Below, piece after piece: positions 1 through 12,274 of a stretch of DNA of 64,000 nt. Both the position numbers and the translations under genes were made by a program. Source of the DNA: Chiloscyllium plagiosum (Eukaryota); assembly GCF_004010195.1 (NCBI RefSeq), contig NC_057719.1, forward strand, positions 80,718,999-80,782,998. Reading direction: 5' to 3'. The notes beneath the pieces are model-generated. The model did not search any database. It was given only the letters and a program-made list of their open reading frames with translations, and was not told the origin of the DNA. The stretch's first letter is position 1. Every line of letters starts with the position of its first letter.

Positions 1-222
1 ACTCCCCCCTCTCCTCCCTGACCTATCACCTTCATCCCCTCCCCCACTCACCTATTGTACTCTATGCTACTTTCTCCCCACCCCCACCCTCCTCTAGCTT
101 ATCTCCCCACGCTTCAGGGTCACTGCCTTTATTCCTGATGAAGGGCTTTTGCCCGAAACGTCGAGTTTGCTGCTCCTTGGATGCTGCCTGAACTGCTGTG
201 CTCTTCCAGCACCACTAATCCA
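1..222 (+). mobile_element. Penelope-like element 3' pseudo-LTR (family A), cut by window start
   Basis: C-rich tract, hammerhead core and 'tgctccttggatgctgcctgaactgctgtg' tail resemble the pLTR of the RT/GIY-YIG element at 32920-33250. Confidence 0.8.
131..166 (+). ncRNA. Minimal type I hammerhead ribozyme motif
   Basis: ATTC-CTGATGA-A-GGGC-TTTT-GCCC-GAAAC-GTC-GAGT; conserved core, stem II GGGC/GCCC, stem I ATTC/GAGT, predicted cleavage after C162. Confidence 0.8.
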
Positions 223-315
223 GGATCAAATAGCAATGCCAACCTTGATTCATCAAACTGTACAACAAAGAAGGACATCATCCCGTCCATCATACTTCTG
301 TCAGCTCCTTGAATG

Positions 316-446
316 AGGCGAAAGTGAGGACTGCAGATGCTGGAGATTAGAGTCAAGGGTGTGGTGCTGGAAAATCACAGCAGGTCAGGCAGCTTCCAAA
401 GAGCAGGAGAATCAACGTTTCAGGCAAAGGTCTTTCCTTGAATGAG
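316..446 (-). mobile_element. Short PLE family A pLTR copy, degenerate hammerhead
   Basis: gaaagtgaggactgcagatgctggag...cagcaggtcaggcagc...aacgtttcaggc. Confidence 0.8.
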
Positions 447-1179
447 CTTGGCAATAAGTCCTAGGGACCCTGCTCTTTTATAGTACACTGCAGATTCAAG
501 GCTTCTCTTCGGTTCCATGTTTGAGTTTGTTGGCTCAGTCCACATTTCTGAAACATTGCTGAGTTTCATTAGTAATATGTATGTGCTTTCTAGCGGCAAG
601 CAGATGTTCCCTGAGGCTAGCACCGAGGCTCTCTGTAAACAAATCTCTGAAGGCGGTAATTAAACTGTATTTTCTTTTCCAGTCACAAGAGCCTGCCTTC
701 CACTGCGGGCTATTGTTAACATTTTGATACCCAAAATTCAGCCACAATCGGACCTGAACTGCAGAAGGTAAATAAATAGGCTCTTGTTCATTCTCCCTTG
801 AATCTTGCTGAAAAGTGCCTACAGGCTCCCATCCCTTGCATTGCCTGAGTGTAGCTCCGTACTGGATCATTATATAAAAAGTTGTCAGCACATTGAAGTG
901 GTGAATTATATAAACCATTCATCAAATTACCAAATAACCAATCTTCCACGCCCAAGTTTAGGCGATTGTCGTAGCTTGTACTTTGGAATTATGTGAAATA
1001 CAGATTCACTGGGACAATTCATCTGCATGCCCTTATTTTTCCATAACTGAGACACAAAAAGAACATCTGAAGTACCATCTCATTTTGACATAGAGCGCAC
1101 GGCAGGTAATATGTGCACAGCAAACAAACTATAGAATAATCATCAGATATTCCAATTTTGCAATGTTGATTGAAGGTTA

Positions 1180-1360
1180 AGTACAAGTCAAGGCATGGTG
1201 GAGAATTCCCTGTTCTTCTTTGCAATGGTCCCATCTCATACCCACTTGAAGGGGTTTGGCTGGATCTCAGTTTAACAGATCACCTGAAGAGGGCATCTCT
1301 GACTCTGCAGCCCTCCTGCAGTACTGCATTGGAATGGCAACTAGGTTATATGCTCACCTC
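1180..1360 (-). mobile_element. Deu-domain SINE remnant (SacSINE1-like)
   Basis: gagaattccctgttcttctt...ctcagtttaac...cagtactgcattggaatg resembles the reverse complement of the Deu domain as recalled. Confidence 0.55.
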
Positions 1361-2699
1361 ATTCTGTCGGACTAGGAGCAGAGAGAGTGTTATATCTGGT
1401 GGGTTAATTCTGCATTTAAGAATAGCTACTGAGTATTCACACGAGGAGCTTTGGCACTGGGACGTCAGATCATGAGGAACGACAGCATGAGTCCAGAAGC
1501 TGTTCTCTTTAACAATCCCTCGTACATAGTTGCACTGAATAAAGCCTGTTCATGTTCATTCACAAAAGCACAGACTTCAGCTTTACTACACCACCAGTGC
1601 TGAACCAAGGTTGAGAACAGGCTTGAAATTAAATGGAACACGAAACATAGAAAATAAGAACATTTGGTTCAACCCATCAAGCCTGCTCTCCCGTTCAAAC
1701 AAAACATGGCTGACCACTCGCCTCTGGAACATCTTTCTCCACTAATCCTTGGCATCGTTACCATCATCCAGACACCTATTGATTTCAGTTTTAAGCCCAA
1801 GAGGAGAGAAGAAAATATGAGAGGTGAGGAGAAAGGTTTGAGGGAAGGTCAGCAACGCCAAAAAATGAGGAGCCTTCCTTAGATGTACCAAAGCTCAGAG
1901 ATGAATTTAAGTTTAGACTGCTGTTGCTGTACATGGAATTAAATCCAAAGGACTGACGACTCTGGCTGTTAAGAACCTTACTGTCCAAAAATATATATCA
2001 AAGGGAGTAAGCTTTCAATACTCTAGATACATATGTACCAAGGTTAGAAGCATTGAAATGTCTACTCTGCACTATAAATATGTTATGCAATACCATACAT
2101 ACAGCAAGAAAGAAAAAAGTTTCGATTTGCTGAGCAACCTAGCATCATTTGAAGCGCTGTTGCAGATTTTGTGTGCGGCCGTGATTCATTCACACTGCCT
2201 GACTAATGTGCTTTGCAGTCGGTAATTGACTCCTCTGCACAGCATCCTGTGTAATCTCCATCTGGTTCAGCTTCCATTCCGTGGAGCAGCAACATCAACG
2301 TACATTCGTGTAGCAATTTTTATGAGAATAAGACATCAAGCTACAGAAGAGTTGATCAGACCACATTGAGAGGTATATAAGAGCTGAGGCCGAAACATGG
2401 TGAAATGATTGATTTTAAGGAGTATCTTAATAAGGAAAAAGGGAGGCATTGTGATGCCCAGGAATGGAATTCCAGAGGTTAGCGTGGAGGCAGCTGGAAA
2501 TAGGAGTTCCAACAAGGCAGGGAAGAAAACTAGAATTATGCTACATTCCTGAATTGATAGGGTTTAGATTTTTGGGGGGAAAGAAGAGGCAATAGAAATC
2601 AGGAGGTATTAAACAAGGAAGGGAGTGTGAAAACATGAATGGAAATTTTAAAATCAAAGCATTGGTTCTCTATTGAAAGGCTTCAATCTCTTCTTCTTA

Positions 2700-4020
2700 T
2701 AAACCATTTTTGAGATGATGTTGAGCAAGACCTGGACAATTTTGGCTTGACAAGCGCCAAGTAGCATGTGTGTCAAACAAATGCCAGGCATTGACTACTT
2801 CCGATAAAGAAACAACTTAACCATCACCCCTTGGCATTACCCTCACTGAATCCCCCACTGTCAACATCTTGGAGGTTATCGTTAACCAGAAACCAAACTG
2901 GACGAGGCATATGGGTGGCACGGTGGCACAGTGGTTAGCACTGCTGCCTCACAGCGCCTGAGACCCGGGTTCAATTCCCGACTCAGGCGACTGACTGTGT
3001 GGAGTTTGCACGTTCTCCCAGTGTCTGCGTGGGTTTCCTCCGGGTGCTCCGGTTTCCTCCCACAGTCCAAAGATGTGCAAGGTCAGGTGAATTGGCCATA
3101 CTAAATTGCCCGTAGTGTTAGGTAAGGGTTAAATGTAGGGGTATGGGTGGGTTTCGCTTCGGCGGGTCGGTGTGGACTTGTTGGGCCGAAGGGCCTGTTT
3201 CCACACTGTAATCTAATCTAATCTAATCTAATCTAAATATAAATATAGTGGCAACAAGAGAAGTTCAGAGACTAGGAATCTTACAGCGACTAACTCACCT
3301 CCTGACTTCCCTTGCCTGGATGAGTGCAGCTCCAGCCACACTCATGGAGGTTCGGCACCAGTTTGCTTCATTGGCACCACATCCACATCGTTCACTCCCT
3401 CCATTACCAATGATCAGTAGAAGAAGGTGTACCATCATCAAGATTCATTGCACAATTCACCAAAGATCCTTACACAGCACCTTCCAAACCTATCACCCAT
3501 CTAGAATGACAGCAAATTCATGAGAACATTACCACCCTCTTACTTAGGGTAAAAGGAAGACCTTTTAGAATGGAGAAAAGGAGAAACCTCTTCAGCCAGG
3601 GAGTAGTGAGTCTATGGAATTCATCGCCACTGAAAACTGTGGAGGCCAGGTCACTGAGTACATTTAAGGCCGAGATAAATAGGTTCTTGAGTATCAAGGA
3701 GATCAAGAATTAGGGGGAGAAAGTGAGAGAAGAAGGTTGAGAAACTTATTAGCCACAATTGAATGGCAGAGCAAACTTGATGGGCTGAATGACCTAATTT
3801 CTGCTTCTATGTCTTACAGTCTCTTATTATGGTCTTAAGATCCCCACCAAGCCATATTATCCTAACCTGGAAATACAACAGTGTTCCTTCAATTCCCAAC
3901 GGCATTGTGGGTCTACCTACAGCATGTGGACTGCAGCAGTTTGAGAAGGAAGCTCACCACCACCTTCCCAAAGGCTGCCCCAGCTGGTGATGCCCACATT
4001 CCACAAGTGAATAGGAAAAT
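2700..4020 (+). mobile_element. Old CR1-group LINE 3' region (family B), split by an HE1 SINE (2913-3236) and another CR1 3' end (about 3540-3838)
   Basis: tgcctggatgagtgcagctcca...cagcaccttccaaac...aaggaagctcaccaccacctt; motifs recur at 13386-13663 and, reversed, at 55250-55632. Confidence 0.6.
2913..3236 (+). mobile_element. HE1-type tRNA-derived V-SINE, full length and young
   Basis: A-box TGGCACAGTGG, B-box GGTTCAATTCC (2968-2978), V-domain gtgtggagtttgcacgttctccc..., CR1-like 3' end, (TCTAA)n tail. Confidence 0.9.
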
Positions 4021-4437
4021 AAATGTGGACATCATTGACTGGATCTTTGTTTATTGTTCATCCTTAATTTCCATTGGTGGGCCTTTCCATGAGGCCCTTG
4101 TGGTGAAGGTGTTACCACAATGCAATTAGACAGGGGCTTCCAGAATTTTAACCCAGTGACAATAAAGGAATTATGATAGAGTTTAAATTGCCACATTAAG
4201 TGTTGCAAGACCCTCCACACTGTAACCTTCATCATTGTAAAGATTAACAACAGCACACACATGGGGACACTATCTAAGTCACAAATTATCCTCAATCAAA
4301 TGGTCCATCGCTGATCCATCAAGTGTCACTGCACCAACGTCCTGAACTCTCAACACAACTGTGTTGGATCATTATGAAGATGAATTTGCTGGGTCAAAAA
4401 ATGCTGGAGCTCCCACCCTAACAACACTGGGGATCTA

Positions 4438-4587
4438 GGCGAAAGTAAGGACTACAGATGCTGAAGATCAGAGTCTAAATTAGAGCGGTGCTCATTCCTG
4501 ATGGAGGGCTTTTGCCCGAAACGACGATTTTCCTGCTCCTCGGATGTTACCTGACCTGCTGTGCTTTTCCAACACCACTCTAATCCA
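4438..4587. mobile_element. Short inverted PLE family A insertion
   Basis: 15-bp TSD aacactggggatcta (4423-4437 / 4588-4602); minus arm then plus arm with mutated hammerhead (CTGATGG...GAAACGAC). Confidence 0.85.
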
Positions 4588-5533
4588 AACACTGGGGATC
4601 TATTTACATTACAGAGGCTGGCACATCACCACCTTCTGAAGGGCAAATAGGATTGAGCAATAAAAACTGTGATGCCCACATTGCATGAAAGAATAAAATT
4701 CAACAACCACAAGTTTTAAAGAAGCTCAGGCCTGTGTGAGACTTGTGGGAGAACTTGAAGGTGATGCTGTGCCCACATGTATGTTGCCTTTATCATTCTA
4801 AAGGGTGGAAGTCACAGTCTGGGAGGGGCTACTGAAGAGGTCTTGGTGGGTTGTTGTACAGCTTCTTGTACACACTGAGGACAAAGCCACGGTACACAGA
4901 CATTGGAGAGAGGTTATGCTTGCGACTTGTAGGTCTAAAGCTGTGCTACAAACTCTGGAGGAGATGTTCAAATAGGTTTTTCTTACTCTTGAAACTTAAG
5001 AATGTAAGGTACATCCTTGAGTAATTTACAGCTGATCAATGACATGCCTCATGACCGATATATGAGGCTTTAATGTGAAGCAGTATTAAAATCTAATAAA
5101 GCAAGAAGCGTCATTTTTCAACATCCCATTCTTCCTGTCAGCTCATTTTATCACATTTAATGTCATGATTATGTGTAGAAGTTACATTATTCAATTGCAT
5201 TTTCACAAAAAGAAGTGCAAGAACTTTTGTTTATACAGACATTTACATTACCTCAAGGCATTGTGGAGCATTTTATGGCCAATGAGATACTTTGGAAATG
5301 CCTTCACTGCTGCGATACAGGAAACCCCACAGTTAATTTGGGCACTGCATATAAGGAAATGCTTCTGAAAGGCTTACAGTTGGAGACTGTATTGAGCGCC
5401 ATCTAATCTGACAATGTCGTACAGGTTGGATGGGGATTTCATGAAGTGAGGACATACATCAACAGGTCTCCTCACCACCTTAAAAATAATGCTAGAATTA
5501 TTCATTTGACTTGCATCTGATTGGTTTAAGCAA

Positions 5534-5875
5534 CAGAATCATAGAGTTCCTTCAGTGTGGAAGCAGGCCATTCGGCGTATTGTCCACACCAACCCTCCAA
5601 AGAGCAGCCCACACTCAGTCCCACACCCTACCTTATCCCTGTAACCCTGCATTTTCCATGCCCAATCTACCTAGCCAGACACTACGTGGCAATTTAGCGT
5701 GGCCAATCCACCCAACCTGCACATCTTTGGACTGAGAGGGGAAACCGGAGCAGCCAGAGGAAACCCATGCAGACACGGAGAGAATGTGCAAACTCCACAC
5801 AGAAAATCACTCAAGGCTGGAATCAAACCCAGGCCCCTGGTGTTGTGTGCTAACCACTGAGTCACCATGCCACCC
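5534..5875 (-). mobile_element. HE1-type V-SINE
   Basis: Reverse-complement similarity to 2913-3236. Confidence 0.85.
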
Positions 5876-7592
5876 TATAAACTACATCCGGTTCGAACCT
5901 GACCCTCTTCTTGTTAAGATTCACTGGATCCTCTCTTATTGTAAAGCAACAAAGCCCATCAGACACACTCAAGGAAAGAGGAATGGTGGGAGTTTCCTGC
6001 TACCAAATACCACATGTCCATCAACCATCCACAGATAGCCTGTTTTTGTGATGTCAGTGCGGAGTAATTATTTGCCAAAACAGTTCTTCATTGAAACCAG
6101 TGCCATTGGTTTCTTGTATGCTCACCTCAGAGGATATCAGTTGGCACAGGGTTTCAGCCTGTATCATTCACTCAAATCTCTACAGTAGGATGCAAATCCA
6201 TGGGCAGAATCCCCTGAATGACCTGGCCTCCAGTGAAAAATTTGGATTAATCGTATGAGATATTCAATGAAGTCATTGAGACTTCCAACATCTACCAGCC
6301 TGTAAGAATCCTCATGACATATCTCCAATCCATCTACACATACGTCTGCAATTTAATACTGTACTTATAGCCACACAGGCACTTCTCATTGCAATGCTGC
6401 TGCAAGGACATTGAGTGTGCTTGGAAAAACACCGAACTCACAGACTGGACCAGGCTACACCTCAGGACTGCTTGGTTGCCCCCTTAGTGCTCTCTCACTT
6501 TGAGTTTACCTGGATGCTGTCAGCATCTCTGATCTGCTTTCTCTTGCCATTTGCCTTGTAGCCTCAGTGAGAGACACCTGGTGGGGGGGAGGTTTACTTT
6601 ACCTTGAGCTTTAAGCCAATACTGCTCCCTGTACATTGAGATACCAATCTGGAGTATTTCAGAGTGTAAGCATCTGCACATACACTGTTCCTGAGCCTGC
6701 TTGTTCCTTATTTCTAAATAAGGTTCTCAAATGTCTATGTACTGTAACACTTTCTTATTTAAATTGTAGGTTATCAGTACACCTCTCTAGTGCAGTGTCT
6801 AAGATCTCTCTTGTTTACATGCTCATTCTGGACGGGAGTCTTTTTTATTACTGATATCAGGGTCATGTCATTAGTTACATCAATGATTCACTTGAGTGTC
6901 ATTATGCCACACCTTCCCCAGATTTATCTCCATCTGGTCTACATTGTTCCAACCGTTTAACTTCATTGACATGGTCTCTGTAATTATTACTGTAATCACT
7001 AAAATCGTGATCACTTAACACAATCTCCTACTCCATCCCTTCACTGCAAAGAATGAAATTCAAGGTGGAAATGGTCTGGAACTCTACTTGGTCATGCTGA
7101 CCTGACCTGCACAAGTTCAGCACTGGCATTGTGCCAGGTCTCGAACCCCTCTGTCCCACTCTGTACATCATCTGATGTAGTATCGGCAAGGCTGCATCAC
7201 ATCCTGTGGTAATCATACTCGGTCTCACTTCTTGGCACAATCCATGCCTTCACGTTCCACTTGAATGTCTCTTCAGGTAAAATCTTGAATGATCTATTTA
7301 CTGATGACCTGCCCCTTAAACAGATCTTTAGCCCAGGCATTAATGTTGATGGTGTTTTTGCTCTGTGCCTCGAATTGTACCACCTCTGTTGCTTTTGTTT
7401 TGGACTTTCTCATGCTGTTTTATCTTCTTATAGCCTTGAGGGGTCATATTTGGCTTGAGAGAGCATTCTGAGTAATCCAAGATGGAGGACAGGAAAAATT
7501 TCTGGCTGTAACAGCTGTTCCTTTTTTGAGGTATTTTAGGTGCTGAAGGTGATTTCCTCGAATTCCAGGAGCAGCAATGACTGTTTCATATG

Positions 7593-7784
7593 TTAAAATA
7601 AAAGCAAATGACTGCGGCTGCTGGAATCTGAAACCAAAAGAGAAAATTTTGGAAAATCTCAGCAGGTCTGGCAGCATCTGTAAGGAGAGTTAGACAAAGG
7701 GTCAGTTAGACTCGAAACATCAGCTCTTCCCTCTCCTTACAGATGCTGCCAGACCTGCTGAGATTTTCCAACATTTTCTCTTAC
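7593..7784. mobile_element. Palindromic PLE-derived insertion (older subfamily)
   Basis: Inverted arms ggaaaatctcagcaggtctggcagcatctgtaaggagag / ctctccttacagatgctgccagacctgctgagattttcc; TSD gtttcatatg (7583-7592 / 7785-7794); decayed hammerhead with GGGTC/GACTC stem. Confidence 0.8.
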
Positions 7785-8264
7785 GTTTCATATGCTGTTG
7801 CATTGTTTTGGAACTTTGGAAAAAAAAGTCAAAACAACAGCAGTTTTAAAAGGGAGAAGAACAGACAAAGGAAGCACATGGTGAGGTCAGTGCAGGGAAG
7901 AGAGAGAGAGAGAGAAAGAAAGAAACTGACACTGTCTTTGCTGTTTTGAATTCATGTATCGCTGGACATCAGAGTGCATCTGGGAAAATTAACAAACAGT
8001 GAAATTCACAACTGATCTTGGAGGAACTGTTGGGCAAAATTCACAGCACAGGATCAGATAAGTGAATCGTTGTTTCAAGTGTCGCCTACCGAAAGTCTGC
8101 AGTAGTGAGTAGAATGGGTTCTTTCTTGATTATATGTTTTTGGAGATATTAATCTTGATTAAACTTAAAATATAAGCCATAAGTATTAATTTAACCTGGG
8201 ACAGTGTTTGTAAAGAAATAAGGCGGTGTTATTTTCTGGGTCTGTAGATTGTGAAGGAGCAAAA

Positions 8265-9107
8265 ATGGCCTTTAGTACAGTAATATGTGCTTCTTGTCAG
8301 ATGTGGGAGTTTAAAGAGAGTTTAAGGGTTAATGCAGATTATATCTGCCATAAATGCTGAATGTTGCAAATCTTATCAGATCGAATGGATCGGTTGGAGA
8401 GACAGTTAGAAGCAATGAGGAATTTGCAACAGCAACAGTATATGATGGATGGCAGTTATAGGAAGGGGGGAGGTTAACAACAGGAAAGGTAGGCGAGGTA
8501 GGCAGCTAGTGCAGGAGTCTTTTGTGGCTATACCCATTTCAAACAGGTATGTTGTTTTGGAAAATGTAAGGGGTTATGGATTCTCAGGGGAACGTAGCAC
8601 GAGCAGCTAAGTTTTTGGTATTGAGACTTGCTCTAATGCAATGAGGGGTATGGCGGATTCCAAGAGATCAATTGTGTTAGGGGATTCTGTAGTCTGAGGT
8701 ACAGACAGATGTTTCTGTGGCCAGAAGTGAAAAATCAGAATGGTGTGTTGTTTCCCTGGTGCCAGGATCAAGGATGTCTCTGAGAGGGTGTTGTCTCCGA
8801 CAACAGCTTCGCTTCACTTGGAGGTCGCCACTGATGATGTTACCTAGCCAGATAATGAAACGTCTGGCTATCAAACCTACAGCTCAGCGAGCAAACCTAC
8901 ACCCTAAACCTAAACCTGAGCTACAAACCTTCACAAACCTTGCAGGGTGCAGAATGTTCTCACGGGGGAGAGGAGCACACAAGAGGTCATTGTACACATT
9001 GGAATCAACGACATTGGAAGGGAAATGGTTGAGATTCTGAAAGGAGATTACAGAGAGTTAGGCAGGAATTTAAAAAGGAGGTCCTCAAAGGTAGTAATAT
9101 CTGGATT
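8265..9107 (+). pseudogene. CR1 ORF1 (CxxC..CxxC zinc finger + SGNH esterase-like), disrupted
   Basis: MAFSTVICASCQMWE..YICHKC; VLGDSVV; PGARIKDVSERVQNVL; VIVHIGINDI; contains stops, frameshifts and a PLE insertion. Confidence 0.8.
8791..8943 (+). mobile_element. Solo pLTR of PLE family B inserted in CR1 ORF1
   Basis: Near-identical to 50028-50136; TSD agggtg (8785-8790 / 8944-8949); hammerhead at 8827-8868. Confidence 0.85.
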
Positions 9108-9219
9108 ATATCTGGTCGGCATGGACAGGTTGGACCAAAGGGTCTGTTTCCATGCTGTACATCTCCATGACCCTGTGAGTCAAACAGTCAGGGCAGGCAA
9201 GGACAAGATAGGACTAAAG

Positions 9220-11470
9220 AATTAAACTGCATTTATTTTGATGCAAGGGTCTTAACAGGGAAAGCAGATGAACATTGGACTGGGATATCATAGCAATTAC
9301 AGAAACATGGCCCAGGGATGGGCAGGACTGTTAGCTTAATGTTCCAGGATACAAATGCTACAGGAAGGATAGAAAGGGAGGCAAGAGAGGAGGGGGAGTC
9401 GTGTTTTTGATAAGTGATAGCATTTCAGCTGTGCTAAGGAAGGATATTCCCGGAAATACATCCAGGGAAGTTATTTGGGTGGAACTGAGAAATAAGAAAG
9501 GGATGATCACCTTATTGGGATTGTATTATAGACCCCCCCAATAGTCAGAGGGAAATTGAGAAACAAACTTGTAAGGAGATCTCAGCTATCTGTAAGAATA
9601 ATAGGGTGGTTATGGTAGGGGATTTTAACTTTCCAAACATCGACTGGGATGTCATAGTGTTAAGGGTTTAGATGGAGAGGAATTTGTTAAGTGTGTACAA
9701 GAAAACATTCTGATTCAGTATGCGGATGTACCTACTAGAGAAGGTGCAAAACTTGACCTAGTCTTGGGAAATAAGGCAGGGCAGGTGACTGAGGTGTCAG
9801 TGGGGGAGCACTTTGGGGCCAGCGACCATAATTCTATTAGATTTAAAATAGCGATGGAAAAGGATAGACCAGATCTAAAAGTTGAAGGTCTAAAATGGAG
9901 AAAGGCCAATTTTGACGGTATTAGGCAAGAACTTTCAAAAGCTGATTGGAGGCAGATGTTCGCAGGTAAAGGGACGGCTGGAAAATGGGAAACCTTCAGA
10001 AACGAGAATCCAGAGAAAGTATATTCCTGTCAGGGTGAAAGGAAAGGCTGGTAGGTATGGGAATGCTGGATGACTAAAGAAATTGAAGGTTTGGTTAACA
10101 AAATGGAGGAAGAATAGGTCAGGTATATACAGGATAGATCGAGTGAATCCTTAGAAGAGTATAAAGGCAGTAGGAGCATACTTAAGAGGGAAATCAGGAG
10201 GGCAAAAAAGGGACATGAGATAACTTTGGCAAATAGAGTTAAGGAGAATACAAAAGGTTTTTACAAATACATTAAGGACAAAAGGGTAACTAGGGAGAGA
10301 ATACGGCCCCTCAAAGATCAGCAAGGCGGCCTTTTTGTGGAGCTGCAGGAGATGGGGGAAATACTAAACGAGTATTTTGCATCAGTATTTACAGTAGAGA
10401 AGGATATGGAAGATATAGACTGTAGGGAAATAGATGGCGACACCTTGCAAAATGTCCATATTGCAGAGGAGAAAGTGCTGGATGTCTTGGAATGCATAAA
10501 GGTGGATAAATCCCCAGGACCTGATCAGGTGTAGCCTAGAACGCTGTGGGAAGCTAGAAAAGTGATTGCTGGGCCTCTTGCTGAGATATTTGTATCATCG
10601 ATAGTCACAGGTGAGGTGCCGGAAGACTGGAGGTTGGCAAACTTGGTGCCACTGTTTAAGAAGGGTGGTAGGGACAAGCCAGGGAACTATAGACCAGTGA
10701 GCCTGATGTCGGTGGTGGGCAAGTTGTTGGAAGGAATCCTGAGGGACAGGATGTACATGTATTTGGAAAGGCAAGGTCTGATTAGGGATAGTCAACATGG
10801 CTTTGTGTGTGGGAAATCATGTCTCACACACTTGATTGAGTTTTTTGAAGAAGTAACAACAAGGACTGACGAGGGCAAAGCAGTAGATTACTTACAGATT
10901 AGGTTACTTACAGTGTGGAAACAAGCCCTTCGGCCCAACAAGTCCACACTGACCCTCCAAAGAGCAACCCATCCAGACCCATTCCCCTACATTTACCCCT
11001 TCACCTAACACCATAGGCAATTTAGCATGGCCAATTCACTTAACCTGCATATCTTTGGACTGTGGAAGGAAACTGGAGCACCTGGAGGAAACCCACACAG
11101 ACAGTTGCCTGAGGCGGGAATTGAATCCTGGTCTCTGGCGCTGTGAGGCAGCAGTGCTAACCACTGTGCTAATATGTCGCCCAGTAGATGTGATCTACAG
11201 GGACTTCAGTATGGCGTTCAACAAGGTTCCCCATGGGAGACTGGTTAGCAAGGTTAGGTCTCATGGAATACAGGGAGAACTAGCCATTTGGATACAGAAC
11301 TGGCTCAAAGGTAGAAGACAGAGGGTGGTGGTGGAGGGTCGTTTTTCAGACCGTAGGCCTGTGACCAGTGGAGTGCCACAAGAATTGGTGCTGGGTCCTC
11401 TACGTTTTGTCATTTACATAAATGATTTGGATGTGAGCATAAGAGGTACAGTTAGTAAGTTTGCAGCTGA
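9220..11470 (+). pseudogene. CR1 ORF2 endonuclease/reverse transcriptase, disrupted
   Basis: ORF-track pieces 9764-10054, 10226-10534, 10562-11008, 11055-11528; internal deletion after KFAAD. Confidence 0.9.
10889..11181 (-). mobile_element. HE1-type V-SINE inserted in CR1 RT
   Basis: TSD cagtagat (10881-10888 / 11182-11189); RT reading AVD|VIY resumes after it. Confidence 0.9.
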
Positions 11471-11952
11471 CAAAATCTTTTCCCTGGGGTCAAGGAGTCC
11501 AGAGCTAGTGGGCATAGGTTTAGGGTGAGAGAGGAAAGACATAAAAGAGACCTAAGGGGCAACTTTTTCACGCAGAGGGTGGTACGTGTATGGAATGAGC
11601 TGCCAGAGGAAGTGGTGGAGGCTGGTACAATTGCAACATTTAAGAGGCATTTGGATGGGTATATGAATAGGAAGGGTTTGGAGGGATATGGGCCGGGCGC
11701 TGGCAGGTGGGACTAGATTGGATTGGGATACCTGATCGGCATGGTCGGGTTGGACCGAAGGGTCTGTTTCCATGCTGTACATCTCTATGACTCTAAGTTG
11801 TGTTCTAAAACTGGTACATCAGTGTTTAACCTCCTCCCTGTGAACAATTCCCCTGCTGAGTTCCCATTATCCCATTATGTTACTCTGTAACTGAGTAGTG
11901 TTGTACCTCACCATGGTACCACAATGAAGATCGAGCTCTGCAAATATGTATC

Positions 11953-12148
11953 AAGAGTGTGTTGCTGGAAAAGCACAGCAGGTCAGGTCAGCATCTGAGC
12001 AGCAGGAGAATCAACCTTTCAGGCCTGATGAAGGGCTTTTGCCCGAAACGTCGACTCTCCTGCTCTTCGGATGCTGCCTGACCTGCTGTGCTTTTCCAGC
12101 ACCACACTCCCAACTCTGATCTCCAACACCTGCAGTTCTCATTTTCTC
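11953..12148. mobile_element. Palindromic PLE family A insertion with intact hammerhead core (12025-12052, +)
   Basis: 17-bp TSD with 2 mismatches, ctctgcaaatatgtatc / ctctgtaattatgtatc; inverted arms. Confidence 0.85.
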
Positions 12149-12274
12149 CTCTGTAATTATGTATCTCTATTGGTAGCCCATAATAAGAAAAAACTGAGTT
12201 AACTTTTTCATCACTACCCTAGCTGGAATCATCCTTAAACTTCTCGTAATCAGGTTATTATATGCATTACTACA

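Larger units (their letters stand above)
7471..11794 (+). mobile_element. Near full-length CR1 (HER1-like) LINE, inactivated
   Basis: ORF1 zinc finger plus esterase; ORF2 endonuclease (IAITETW, GLYYRPP, VGDFNF, SDHN) and RT (NYRPVSL, QHGF, FNKVPH, GVPQ, KFA); ctctatgactcta tail; 5' end approximate. Confidence 0.9.

Noticed and set aside
2913..2985. tRNA gene
   Set aside because: A/B boxes are the head of an HE1 SINE and continue into the V-domain and LINE-like tail
7471..7590. HDV-like ribozyme at the CR1 5' end
   Set aside because: Could not build the nested double pseudoknot by eye
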